From Clostridia bacterium (lineage in GTDB: Bacteria; Bacillota; Clostridia; RGIG6154): a DNA stretch of 64,000 bases. The position numbers and the translations under genes are program-made. Positions within the stretch are counted from its first letter, which is position 1, and each line of letters starts with the position of its first letter. The stretch is taken from positions 32,001 to 96,000 of the forward strand of contig JAZNOU010000012.1 of the NCBI GenBank assembly GCA_045589295.1, in the 5' to 3' direction. Under the pieces are notes generated by a model. That model was not told the DNA's origin. It searched no databases and saw only the letters and a list, made by a program, of their open reading frames with translations. Positions 56,586-64,000 of this stretch are shown here, piece after piece.

Positions 56586-59411
56586 ATGAAGAGAAAAATT
56601 ATTCCAAAACAAAAATATACAACCTATGCTTCGTTTCCGCTTGTGTCTGGCGACGTAAGGGCATACGAGATAGAGCTTGATTTAGGTGAAAATGTTTCGG
56701 GGGCGGAGTTTAAGGTAGTTGCAATCCGCGCTGACGGCAAGGCTATTGAGGATTTGGGAACAGTTGAAAACGGAATCGCAAGATATACTTTATCAAACAG
56801 TATGTACGCCGTACAGGGTGAGCTTACTGTAAGATTGCAGATACTTCATAATTCAAGTGTTTTAACTGATAGGGAAATTATTTTTGAGGTTAAAAAAGGT
56901 GCGACTGATACTACAGCGGCACAAACTGTTATGCCTCTTAACGACAGTGTGATTTTAAGAGTTTCTGCATTTGAAGATAAGCTTTTAAGCAAGGTTGACA
57001 AACAAGCGGGCATGGGACTTTCGACAAATGATTTTTCGGACCAGTACAAGCAAAAACTTGATAACTTAGATGAAACTATGGGAGCAGAAATAGAGCAAAT
57101 ATCAGAAACGATTGATAATTTGTCAGATAGTTTTGATGAACACACAAAAGACAAAGCAAACCCCCACAATGTTACGGCGCAGCAGGTTGGTGCATATTCA
57201 AAATCTGAAACAGATAACAAGCTTTATAAAAAAGCGGATAAATCAGATATTTCTAATATATACTCATATCAAGGCTCAGTTGATACTTTTGAGGATATTG
57301 AGTGTATCAGCATAACGCTTGTCCCCAATGGCGAGCCTACTTGCAAAGGACAAGTATGCGGGTCGTTTAATGAAGATGATGGGTGTGTGACTATCGATGA
57401 GATAGCAGAAGAAGATTTTGATACAATTATTATTCCAATAAAAGAGGTAACGCTTAAAAAGGGGTATTATGCTATATCAAGCGAGCTGAGAGATGGTATG
57501 TATAAGTCAGGAATTGCAATTGATATTTACCAAATGGATGAATTTAATGTGCAGGAAGGATATGTTTTCAAAGTCGAAAATGACACGGTTATAAATCTGG
57601 CTCATATATTCAGACATAGTGATTCACTATTTGGTGGTTGCACAGGAGATGTTGTATGCACACTTACCAAAATGCCAAATATACTTGTAGATGAATCCAG
57701 CTATAACGAACAATATGGAACTTGTGAAGCGTATGGCATTTCTCCGTCAAACGGCTCAGTATACAACGTCTTAGACACGGGTATAAACTATGCTTGGAAT
57801 GGTACTGAATGGGACGCTTTAGGCGGTGAGCATAAGGATTTAGAGGCTAGAGAAGAAATTAAAAAACTGTCTGATAGTTTGGACTGTATTGATATTAGTG
57901 ATAATAACATTTCGTTTAACAGAGATAAAAACACAGTCGGCATAATAAAAGAGATTGGTAGTTTCACCTGTACTGCGATTGATGAAAGTACAAACAAATA
58001 CACCTTTGATGTTGCTGACACGTCAGTTTTTGTTTCATACACCGAGTACAAGGTTACGGTAGATGATACTGACTATCTTATAAGGTCAACAACAATAAAC
58101 GAAGATAACGTTGTGTTTGAAGCGGTTGATGATGCAGTTCCTTTTGAGGTTGGAAATACATACAACATAAGATTTGAGACAAAAAATGCAACCTCTTTTG
58201 GTGTGGATAATACAGTTTTGGCAAATGAGGGCTTTGCAACAGGTATGGCTAATTTCATTGATGAAACTGGCGACCAAGGTGTTGCTCACGGATACGGCAA
58301 TAAGCTCTCAGGAAAGGCACATTTTGTTGCAGGTTCATCAAATGATGTTTCAGAAGGCAGTACTGATACAATATTTGGCAGTAACAACATTGTCAAAGGC
58401 AGTAACAAACTTGTTGCAGGTCTAAACCTGCTTGCGGAATTAACTGCTTCGGGAAGTGCTGTATTAGGAAAATACAACATTGATGTAAAAGATGCTTTGC
58501 TTATAGTTGGTATCGGATATGATAAAAACCACAGACAAAATGCTTTGGTTATGGACAAAAACGGCAATATTGTAGCTTATGGTACTCTTACTGTGGATAA
58601 TAATGTAAGTATTAACGGAGAGCTAAATGTTTGCAATAAAGCTGTTATGTCTAAGGGGTTAGAGGTTAACGGTGAAACTACGATTGATGGCAGTACAAAT
58701 ATTAAAGGAGCAATGGCATATAAAGAGTCTGAGGTTGTGAACCTAGAAATGTTATCCAAACATACAGGTATCGATATTGGCAGAAAAGGTGCAGGTTATA
58801 TGTCTGTCGTGTTTAATCACGACGGTAATGAAGGAAGCGGGTATGCTTCGTTTACTGCAGGCACAAGTAACAAAACAACTGCAGGACAGGCAGCAACCTT
58901 TGGGCACGCAAATGAAAATAGCGGTTTTTCTGCTTTTACTGCAGGCTCGGGCAATATAACTACAAAAGACCAAGGTGCTACGTTTGGCTATTCAAATGAA
59001 AATCACGGATGGGCTTCTTTCATAGCCGGTGCTTTTAACAAAATAAAAGGAGCTTTTAACGCCTGTATTGCTTTAGGTAGGGATATATTAATAAATGCAG
59101 ATAACGCTATTGGTATTGGAAGAGGACTTAATGTTGATAAGGCTAACCAAGTAGTTGTTGGTGCATATAACAAGTCTGATAATGAATCTGTGTTTATAGC
59201 AGGCTGTGGTACGGATGATAAAAACCGCAAGAACGCAATAACTGTAAGAGAATCTGACGGACGTACCAAAATCCATAATGGGCTTGATGTAGAAGGTTTA
59301 ATAAACGGTGTGGATTTACAAGAACTTAAAACGCAAATGGGTGACATTAACACTGCACTTGAAGCCATTATCGAAATTGACAATAAACTGATTGGCGGTG
59401 ATGGTGAATGA
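56586..59411 (+). CDS. BppU-like N-terminus plus tail fibre/receptor-binding protein with YadA-like head repeats
   Basis: KVDKQAGMGLSTNDF, NPHNVTAQQVG, WDALGG, repeated SFTAG.N/ATFG.N, V.GxYN...GxG..RxNA. Confidence 0.8.
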   Translation: MKRKIIPKQKYTTYASFPLVSGDVRAYEIELDLGENVSGAEFKVVAIRADGKAIEDLGTVENGIARYTLSNSMYAVQGELTVRLQILHNSSVLTDREIIFEVKKGATDTTAAQTVMPLNDSVILRVSAFEDKLLSKVDKQAGMGLSTNDFSDQYKQKLDNLDETMGAEIEQISETIDNLSDSFDEHTKDKANPHNVTAQQVGAYSKSETDNKLYKKADKSDISNIYSYQGSVDTFEDIECISITLVPNGEPTCKGQVCGSFNEDDGCVTIDEIAEEDFDTIIIPIKEVTLKKGYYAISSELRDGMYKSGIAIDIYQMDEFNVQEGYVFKVENDTVINLAHIFRHSDSLFGGCTGDVVCTLTKMPNILVDESSYNEQYGTCEAYGISPSNGSVYNVLDTGINYAWNGTEWDALGGEHKDLEAREEIKKLSDSLDCIDISDNNISFNRDKNTVGIIKEIGSFTCTAIDESTNKYTFDVADTSVFVSYTEYKVTVDDTDYLIRSTTINEDNVVFEAVDDAVPFEVGNTYNIRFETKNATSFGVDNTVLANEGFATGMANFIDETGDQGVAHGYGNKLSGKAHFVAGSSNDVSEGSTDTIFGSNNIVKGSNKLVAGLNLLAELTASGSAVLGKYNIDVKDALLIVGIGYDKNHRQNALVMDKNGNIVAYGTLTVDNNVSINGELNVCNKAVMSKGLEVNGETTIDGSTNIKGAMAYKESEVVNLEMLSKHTGIDIGRKGAGYMSVVFNHDGNEGSGYASFTAGTSNKTTAGQAATFGHANENSGFSAFTAGSGNITTKDQGATFGYSNENHGWASFIAGAFNKIKGAFNACIALGRDILINADNAIGIGRGLNVDKANQVVVGAYNKSDNESVFIAGCGTDDKNRKNAITVRESDGRTKIHNGLDVEGLINGVDLQELKTQMGDINTALEAIIEIDNKLIGGDGE

Positions 59412-60571
59412 GTAACAGTATAGAGCAAAACCTTGTGACTATTGCTGAAAACCGACAAAAGATTTATGATGCAGGGAGAAATGCCGTTATAAACGAACTG
59501 AAGGAACTGCAAAAAGGCACTGCAAATGGTGAAGTTGTTGCCATTTCTGATATATCACCTATCCCACATAATATTGATGTTAAAGTATCAAGCAAAAATA
59601 TAGTTAATGCTGATGTTTTATGTGGCAAACAATTTACTAAAAATGATGATGGAAGTTATACCTTTACTATGGGTAGTGGCGGTAATAGATTTACTGCAAT
59701 GGCTAATATATTTATTCCAAAAGGCTCAAAAGTTGTGTTTTCTATAACTGGTTTTGAGAGTGATAATATTGCTTTGGTTGGTATTCAAACACTTTATGCT
59801 AATGGCACTTATTTAAGTAGTTATGATGTAAAGCCTGGATATTTATCAAACAAAGCAATTAAAACAGAAGATGATATAGTAGGCTTGCGCTTATATCTTA
59901 ATCAAGGCACTGCTGAAGGAGCAACAGTAAAACTAACTGGTATTCAATTGGAATATGGCACAGTAGCAACCGCTTATACACCTTATGTAGATGTAAGCAC
60001 AGTTAAGTTAGATGCTCTTGGGAAAAATCTGTGGGATGCAGACTTAAATAAAATAGCACCAGTGCAATATACATCTGCGACAAGCGGTGGAATGGCAAAA
60101 AGAAATGGTTGGGAAATGGAATTGGTTGCAGGTGTTACATACACAGTAAAAGCAACACCAAAAGAAAGCAGTTTTACAGAAAGTTATTTGTACGGATGTG
60201 TAACTGATAAGGATGATAAAGTTAAAAAGACTACACCTTTAGTAGCAAATCAACAGTTACAAACTCACACATTTACAGCAGAAGATGGTTGGAAATTAAA
60301 GCTGTATGACGGGATTGCGCAAAACGGACTTACAGATACTAAGACAATGGTGTCAAAATTTAATATTCAGCTTGAAATCGGTGAAAAAGCAACACCTTAT
60401 GAACCACATATCCAGCCTGTAACATATATACCGAATGCAGACGGAGCTATAGAGGGGGTAAAGAGTGTTTGCCCTAATATGACTCTTTTAACTAATACTG
60501 AAGGAGTAATGATTGAGTGCAACTATAAGAAAGACATAAACCCGATTTTTGATAAATATGTGAGAGATTAG
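59408..60571 (+). CDS. Tail-associated protein with duplicated carbohydrate-binding-like modules
   Basis: Two KNL/KNI...QLExG.xAT.Y.P modules. Confidence 0.7.
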   Translation: MSNSIEQNLVTIAENRQKIYDAGRNAVINELKELQKGTANGEVVAISDISPIPHNIDVKVSSKNIVNADVLCGKQFTKNDDGSYTFTMGSGGNRFTAMANIFIPKGSKVVFSITGFESDNIALVGIQTLYANGTYLSSYDVKPGYLSNKAIKTEDDIVGLRLYLNQGTAEGATVKLTGIQLEYGTVATAYTPYVDVSTVKLDALGKNLWDADLNKIAPVQYTSATSGGMAKRNGWEMELVAGVTYTVKATPKESSFTESYLYGCVTDKDDKVKKTTPLVANQQLQTHTFTAEDGWKLKLYDGIAQNGLTDTKTMVSKFNIQLEIGEKATPYEPHIQPVTYIPNADGAIEGVKSVCPNMTLLTNTEGVMIECNYKKDINPIFDKYVRD

Positions 60572-60581
60572 GAGTGATTTT

Positions 60582-61283
60582 ATGAGAATCTGTGTAGATG
60601 CAGGGCATAATTATGATGGGTTTGACACAGGAGCAATTGGCAACGGCTTAAAAGAACAGAATGTTACATTTGAAATTGCAGACAAACTTAAAACCCTTTT
60701 AACCAAAGAAGGTATCGGCGTTACAATGACAAGAGCAAAACTTACTGACAATGTTGGGGTTAATGCAAAAGACAGCATAAATCAAAGGGTGAGAATTGCC
60801 AATACTACAAGATGCGACTATTTTATATCAATTCACTGTAATTCAAGCACAAACAAAGGTGCAAACGGAACCGAAACGCTTATCTACGGGTTTGGTGGAC
60901 AAGCTGAGAGAATAGCAAAAGCGGTAAATGCGAGTATTGTATCAGAGTTAGGTACTTATGACAGAGGTGTTAAAGTAAGAACTGATTTGGGCGTTTTAAG
61001 GGATACTTCAATGCCTGCAATTTTGGTTGAAACGGCTTTTATTTCAAATGAGAAAGATGCTAAACTTTTAAAAGAAAAAACAGATGATTTTGCACAAGCA
61101 ATTTTTGAGGGGATTTTAGAGCATTTGGACAAGAAAGAAGAAGTTGATATCATTGAAAGACTTTCAGAAATTATTGAAATTAATGATAAAACAACTGCAA
61201 AGGCTCAGCTTTTGAAAGAAAAAGAAAAAAATTCAAGTCTGTATTGGATTTTATACAAAATTGCAAACAAGGAGGGGACATAA
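60582..61283 (+). CDS. N-acetylmuramoyl-L-alanine amidase (Amidase_3 endolysin)
   Basis: DAGH, LKE, ISIHCN, ILVETAFISN. Confidence 0.93.
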   Translation: MRICVDAGHNYDGFDTGAIGNGLKEQNVTFEIADKLKTLLTKEGIGVTMTRAKLTDNVGVNAKDSINQRVRIANTTRCDYFISIHCNSSTNKGANGTETLIYGFGGQAERIAKAVNASIVSELGTYDRGVKVRTDLGVLRDTSMPAILVETAFISNEKDAKLLKEKTDDFAQAIFEGILEHLDKKEEVDIIERLSEIIEINDKTTAKAQLLKEKEKNSSLYWILYKIANKEGT

Positions 61284-61483
61284 TGGATGTTGGTCAGATT
61301 ACTGATATGATAATGAATCAGGGGATATGGTGTGCACTTTTCTGCTATCTTTTTTATAGCGTGCGAAAAGAATCAAAAGATGACAAAGCACAGCTTATGG
61401 AACTTTTAAGTCTGCAGAGCGAAAAGCTTTCGGAGATAACCGCGGCACTTGAAAATCTTTCTAATAAAATAAAATCAAATTAA
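61283..61483 (+). CDS. BhlA/UviB-family holin
   Basis: QGIWCALFCYLFYSVRKES; RBS AAGGAGG. Confidence 0.85.
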   Translation: MDVGQITDMIMNQGIWCALFCYLFYSVRKESKDDKAQLMELLSLQSEKLSEITAALENLSNKIKSN

Positions 61484-61535
61484 AAATTTAAAAAAACTCT
61501 TTACATTTTGATAATAATATGTTATTATACCTTGT

Positions 61536-61595
61536 AAACCTTTTGCTATGGTTCGGGAATCTCCGACCCGAATCGTTGTGAAATGGCGATTTTAT
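61536..61595 (+). promoter_or_regulatory. Putative S15 autoregulatory leader
   Basis: Structured TTCGGG..CCCGAA stem in the rpsO 5' region. Confidence 0.45.
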
Positions 61596-61619
61596 ATTAT
61601 TTTTTGGAGGTATTTCAAA

Positions 61620-61883
61620 ATGGAAAAAGAAGTAAAACAGCAGATTATCGCGGATAACAAAATCCACGACACAGACACAGGTTCACCTGAAGTTCAGATT
61701 GCAATTTTAACAAACAGAATCAATCACTTAAACGAACACCTTAAAGTGAACAAAAAAGACTTCCACTCAAGAAGAGGTCTTTTGAAAATGGTAGGTAAAA
61801 GAAGAGGTCTTCTCTTATACTTGCAGAAAAAGGACATCGAAAGATACAGAGCTATCATTGCTAAGCTCGGTCTTAGAAAGTAG
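61620..61883 (+). CDS. rpsO: 30S ribosomal protein S15
   Basis: [31 protein letters not shown]. Confidence 0.98.
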   Translation: MEKEVKQQIIADNKIHDTDTGSPEVQIAILTNRINHLNEHLKVNKKDFHSRRGLLKMVGKRRGLLLYLQKKDIERYRAIIAKLGLRK

Positions 61884-61885
61884 TA

Positions 61886-61920
61886 AAAAACGGAGGGAGA
61901 ATTTTTGCTCCCTCTTTTTT
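61886..61920 (+). terminator. Terminator after rpsO
   Basis: GAGGGAG..CTCCCTC followed by T run. Confidence 0.65.
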
Positions 61921-62065
61921 GCGTTAAAAGCCCCGAAAAATTTTGGAGGTTTAACGGAGAAAAGAGTTAGTTTTTTATCCTTGTTTACAATTTAAAAATT
62001 ATTATAAATGCACCTGTGAGTGCAAAGCGCATGGACAAGTGTCCGTGCAGAAAGGTTGGTATTTT

Positions 62066-64000
62066 ATGTTCAAGGTTTTTGAAACCACATTAGCAGGCAG
62101 ACCATTAGTTGTTGAAACCGGCAAGATGGCTCAGCTCGCTAACGGCTCATGCCTCGTAAGATACGGTGATACAGTTGTTATGGCAGCAGCCACTGCATCT
62201 GCAAAACCGAGAGAAGGCGTGGACTTTTTCCCTTTAAGCGTAGACTACGAAGAAAAGCTTTATTCAGTAGGTAAAATCCCTGGTAGCTTTATTAAAAGAG
62301 AAGGAAAACCGACTGAGGCGGCAATACTTGCTTCACGTTGTATTGACCGTCCTATGAGACCGCTTTTCCCTAAAGATTTAAGAAACGACGTTTCAATCGT
62401 TACAACTGTAATGAGCGTTGAACAGGATAATTCTCCTGAAATCGCTGCTATGGTTGGTGCTGCAACAGCAGTTGCAATTTCAGATATTCCGTTTAACGGA
62501 CCTGTTGCAAGTGTGTTTGTTGGCTTAATTGACGGCGAACCTGTTATTAATCCTACAGTTGAGCAGAGAGAAAAAAGCACAGTAGAGCTTACACTTTCAG
62601 CTACAATGGACAAGGTTGTTATGATTGAAGCAGGTGCTAAAGAAGTTCCTGAAGATCAGATGCTTAAAGCAATCTTTGCGGGTCATGAAGCTTGTAAAGA
62701 ACTTTGCAAGTTCATTCAGTCAATTGCTGATGAAATCGGCAAAAAAGAAAAAATTCAGTATACACCTGTTGTTGTTGCAGAAGATGTGTATGAAGCAACA
62801 AAAGAAGCAGTTATTGATAGAATTAAATGGGCACTCGACACAGACGATAAAAATGTTCGTGACGAACAGCTCGCTGTTGTTATTGAAGAAGCTCACGCAA
62901 AGCTTGATGAACAGTTTCCTGAAAGAGAGTCAGAAATTGACGATGCTATCTACAAGCTCCAGAAATATGTTGTTCGCCGTTGGATTTTAGACGAAGGCAA
63001 ACGTGTTGATGGAAGAAACTTAAATCAGATAAGACCGCTCGCTGCTGAAGTTGGCATACTGCCAAGAGCACACGGCTCAGGTATGTTCACAAGAGGTCAG
63101 ACACAGGTGTTGACTGTTGCAACACTTGGCTCAATCAGCGAAAATCAGATTTTAGACGGTATTGATGAAGAAGAAACAAAGAGATATATGCATCACTACA
63201 ACTTCCCATCATACTCAGTTGGTGAAACAAGGCCTTCAAGAGGTCCTGGAAGACGTGAAATCGGTCACGGAGCGCTCGCTGAACGTGCACTCGTTCCTGT
63301 TATTCCTTCAGTTGAAGAATTCCCTTATGCTATAAGACTTGTTTCAGAAGTTTTGTCATCAAACGGCTCAACTTCACAGGGAAGTATCTGTGGTTCAACT
63401 CTTGCACTTATGGATGCAGGTGTTCCGATTAAAGAACCTGTTGCTGGTATTTCAGTTGGTCTTGTTACAGAAGAAGACAGATTTGTTACAATGCTTGACA
63501 TTCAGGGATTAGAAGACTTCTTCGGTGATATGGACTTTAAAGTTGGCGGTACTAAAAATGGTATCACAGCTATCCAGGTAGATATTAAGATTGACGGTTT
63601 AACACCTGAAATCATTAAAGAAGCTTTTGAAAAAACAAAGCAGGCAAGACATTATATCTTAGACGAAGTAATGCTCAAAGCTATTCCTGAAACAAGACCT
63701 AGCGTTTCAAAATATGCTCCTAAAATCATTCAGTTTAAGATTGATGTTGAAAAAATCCGTGAAGTTATTGGACCGGGCGGAAAAGTTATTCAGAAAATCA
63801 TCGCAGATACAGGCGTTAAAATTGATATTGAAGAAGACGGAAGTGTGTTTATTTCAACACCTGATGATGAAGCAGGCAACAAAGCACTCGAAATTATCAA
63901 AGGCATCGTAGCTGAACCTGAAGTAGGTACAATCTACAAAGGTAAAGTTACAAAGATTATGGACTTTGGTGCTTTTGTTGAATTCTTGCCAGGCAGAGAA
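62066..64000 (+). CDS. pnp: Polyribonucleotide nucleotidyltransferase (3' end outside window)
   Basis: MFKVFETTLAGRPLVVETGKMAQLANGS, DFFPLSVDY, RREIGHG, GDMDFKV; open to window end. Confidence 0.97.
   Translation, partial: MFKVFETTLAGRPLVVETGKMAQLANGSCLVRYGDTVVMAAATASAKPREGVDFFPLSVDYEEKLYSVGKIPGSFIKREGKPTEAAILASRCIDRPMRPLFPKDLRNDVSIVTTVMSVEQDNSPEIAAMVGAATAVAISDIPFNGPVASVFVGLIDGEPVINPTVEQREKSTVELTLSATMDKVVMIEAGAKEVPEDQMLKAIFAGHEACKELCKFIQSIADEIGKKEKIQYTPVVVAEDVYEATKEAVIDRIKWALDTDDKNVRDEQLAVVIEEAHAKLDEQFPERESEIDDAIYKLQKYVVRRWILDEGKRVDGRNLNQIRPLAAEVGILPRAHGSGMFTRGQTQVLTVATLGSISENQILDGIDEEETKRYMHHYNFPSYSVGETRPSRGPGRREIGHGALAERALVPVIPSVEEFPYAIRLVSEVLSSNGSTSQGSICGSTLALMDAGVPIKEPVAGISVGLVTEEDRFVTMLDIQGLEDFFGDMDFKVGGTKNGITAIQVDIKIDGLTPEIIKEAFEKTKQARHYILDEVMLKAIPETRPSVSKYAPKIIQFKIDVEKIREVIGPGGKVIQKIIADTGVKIDIEEDGSVFISTPDDEAGNKALEIIKGIVAEPEVGTIYKGKVTKIMDFGAFVEFLPGRE

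Larger units (their letters stand above)
47878..61483 (+). mobile_element. GTA-like / domesticated phage head-tail-lysis operon
   Basis: Contiguous intact terS-terL-portal-scaffold-capsid-neck-tail-baseplate-amidase-holin; no integrase, replication genes or att sites seen. Confidence 0.85.

Noticed and set aside
55719-60571. Diversity-generating retroelement target in tail genes
   Set aside because: No reverse transcriptase or template/variable repeat pair visible in the window
47878-61483. Complete inducible prophage
   Set aside because: No integrase, replication module, tape measure or att repeats; flanked by core genes

Overview
Low-GC Firmicute (Clostridia-like) chromosome window with four parts. 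(1) 1-~12590 is the right end of a genomic island inserted into the 3' end of a GGGtGRT-family gene; it carries a WYL regulator, a 1.8-kaa surface protein, a resolvase and small unknown genes. (2) 13929-25758 is an ~11.8-kb SCC-like island integrated at the tmRNA 3' end (12-bp direct repeat TGGTGGAGATGA); it carries two large serine recombinases, a D5-type helicase, an ArgR-like regulator, DUF1643 and a type II R-M system. (3) Core genes: ssrA, smpB, ltaS-like, murT/gatD, hydF, rnmV, htpG, trpS, a tagO-mnaA fusion, holA, rpsO, pnp. (4) The main discovery is what looks like a domesticated phage / gene-transfer-agent-like system split over three separate chromosomal loci. These are a 13.6-kb head-tail-lysis operon (47878-61483; TerS without its DNA-binding domain, no integrase, replication or tape-measure genes), an isolated ImmA/ImmR/ArpU-type switch (35184-36805) and an orphan MuF-motif/barnase RNase toxin plus barstar immunity pair (12822-13646). 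The toxin operon and the terminase operon, 34 kb apart, share an identical 20-bp box (TGTCCTTGAATGTCACATTA) at identical spacing from an extended -10 (N6-TG-N-TATAAT), which suggests one late regulon and possibly a toxin-loaded particle. All family assignments were made by eye from motifs; no database search was run.
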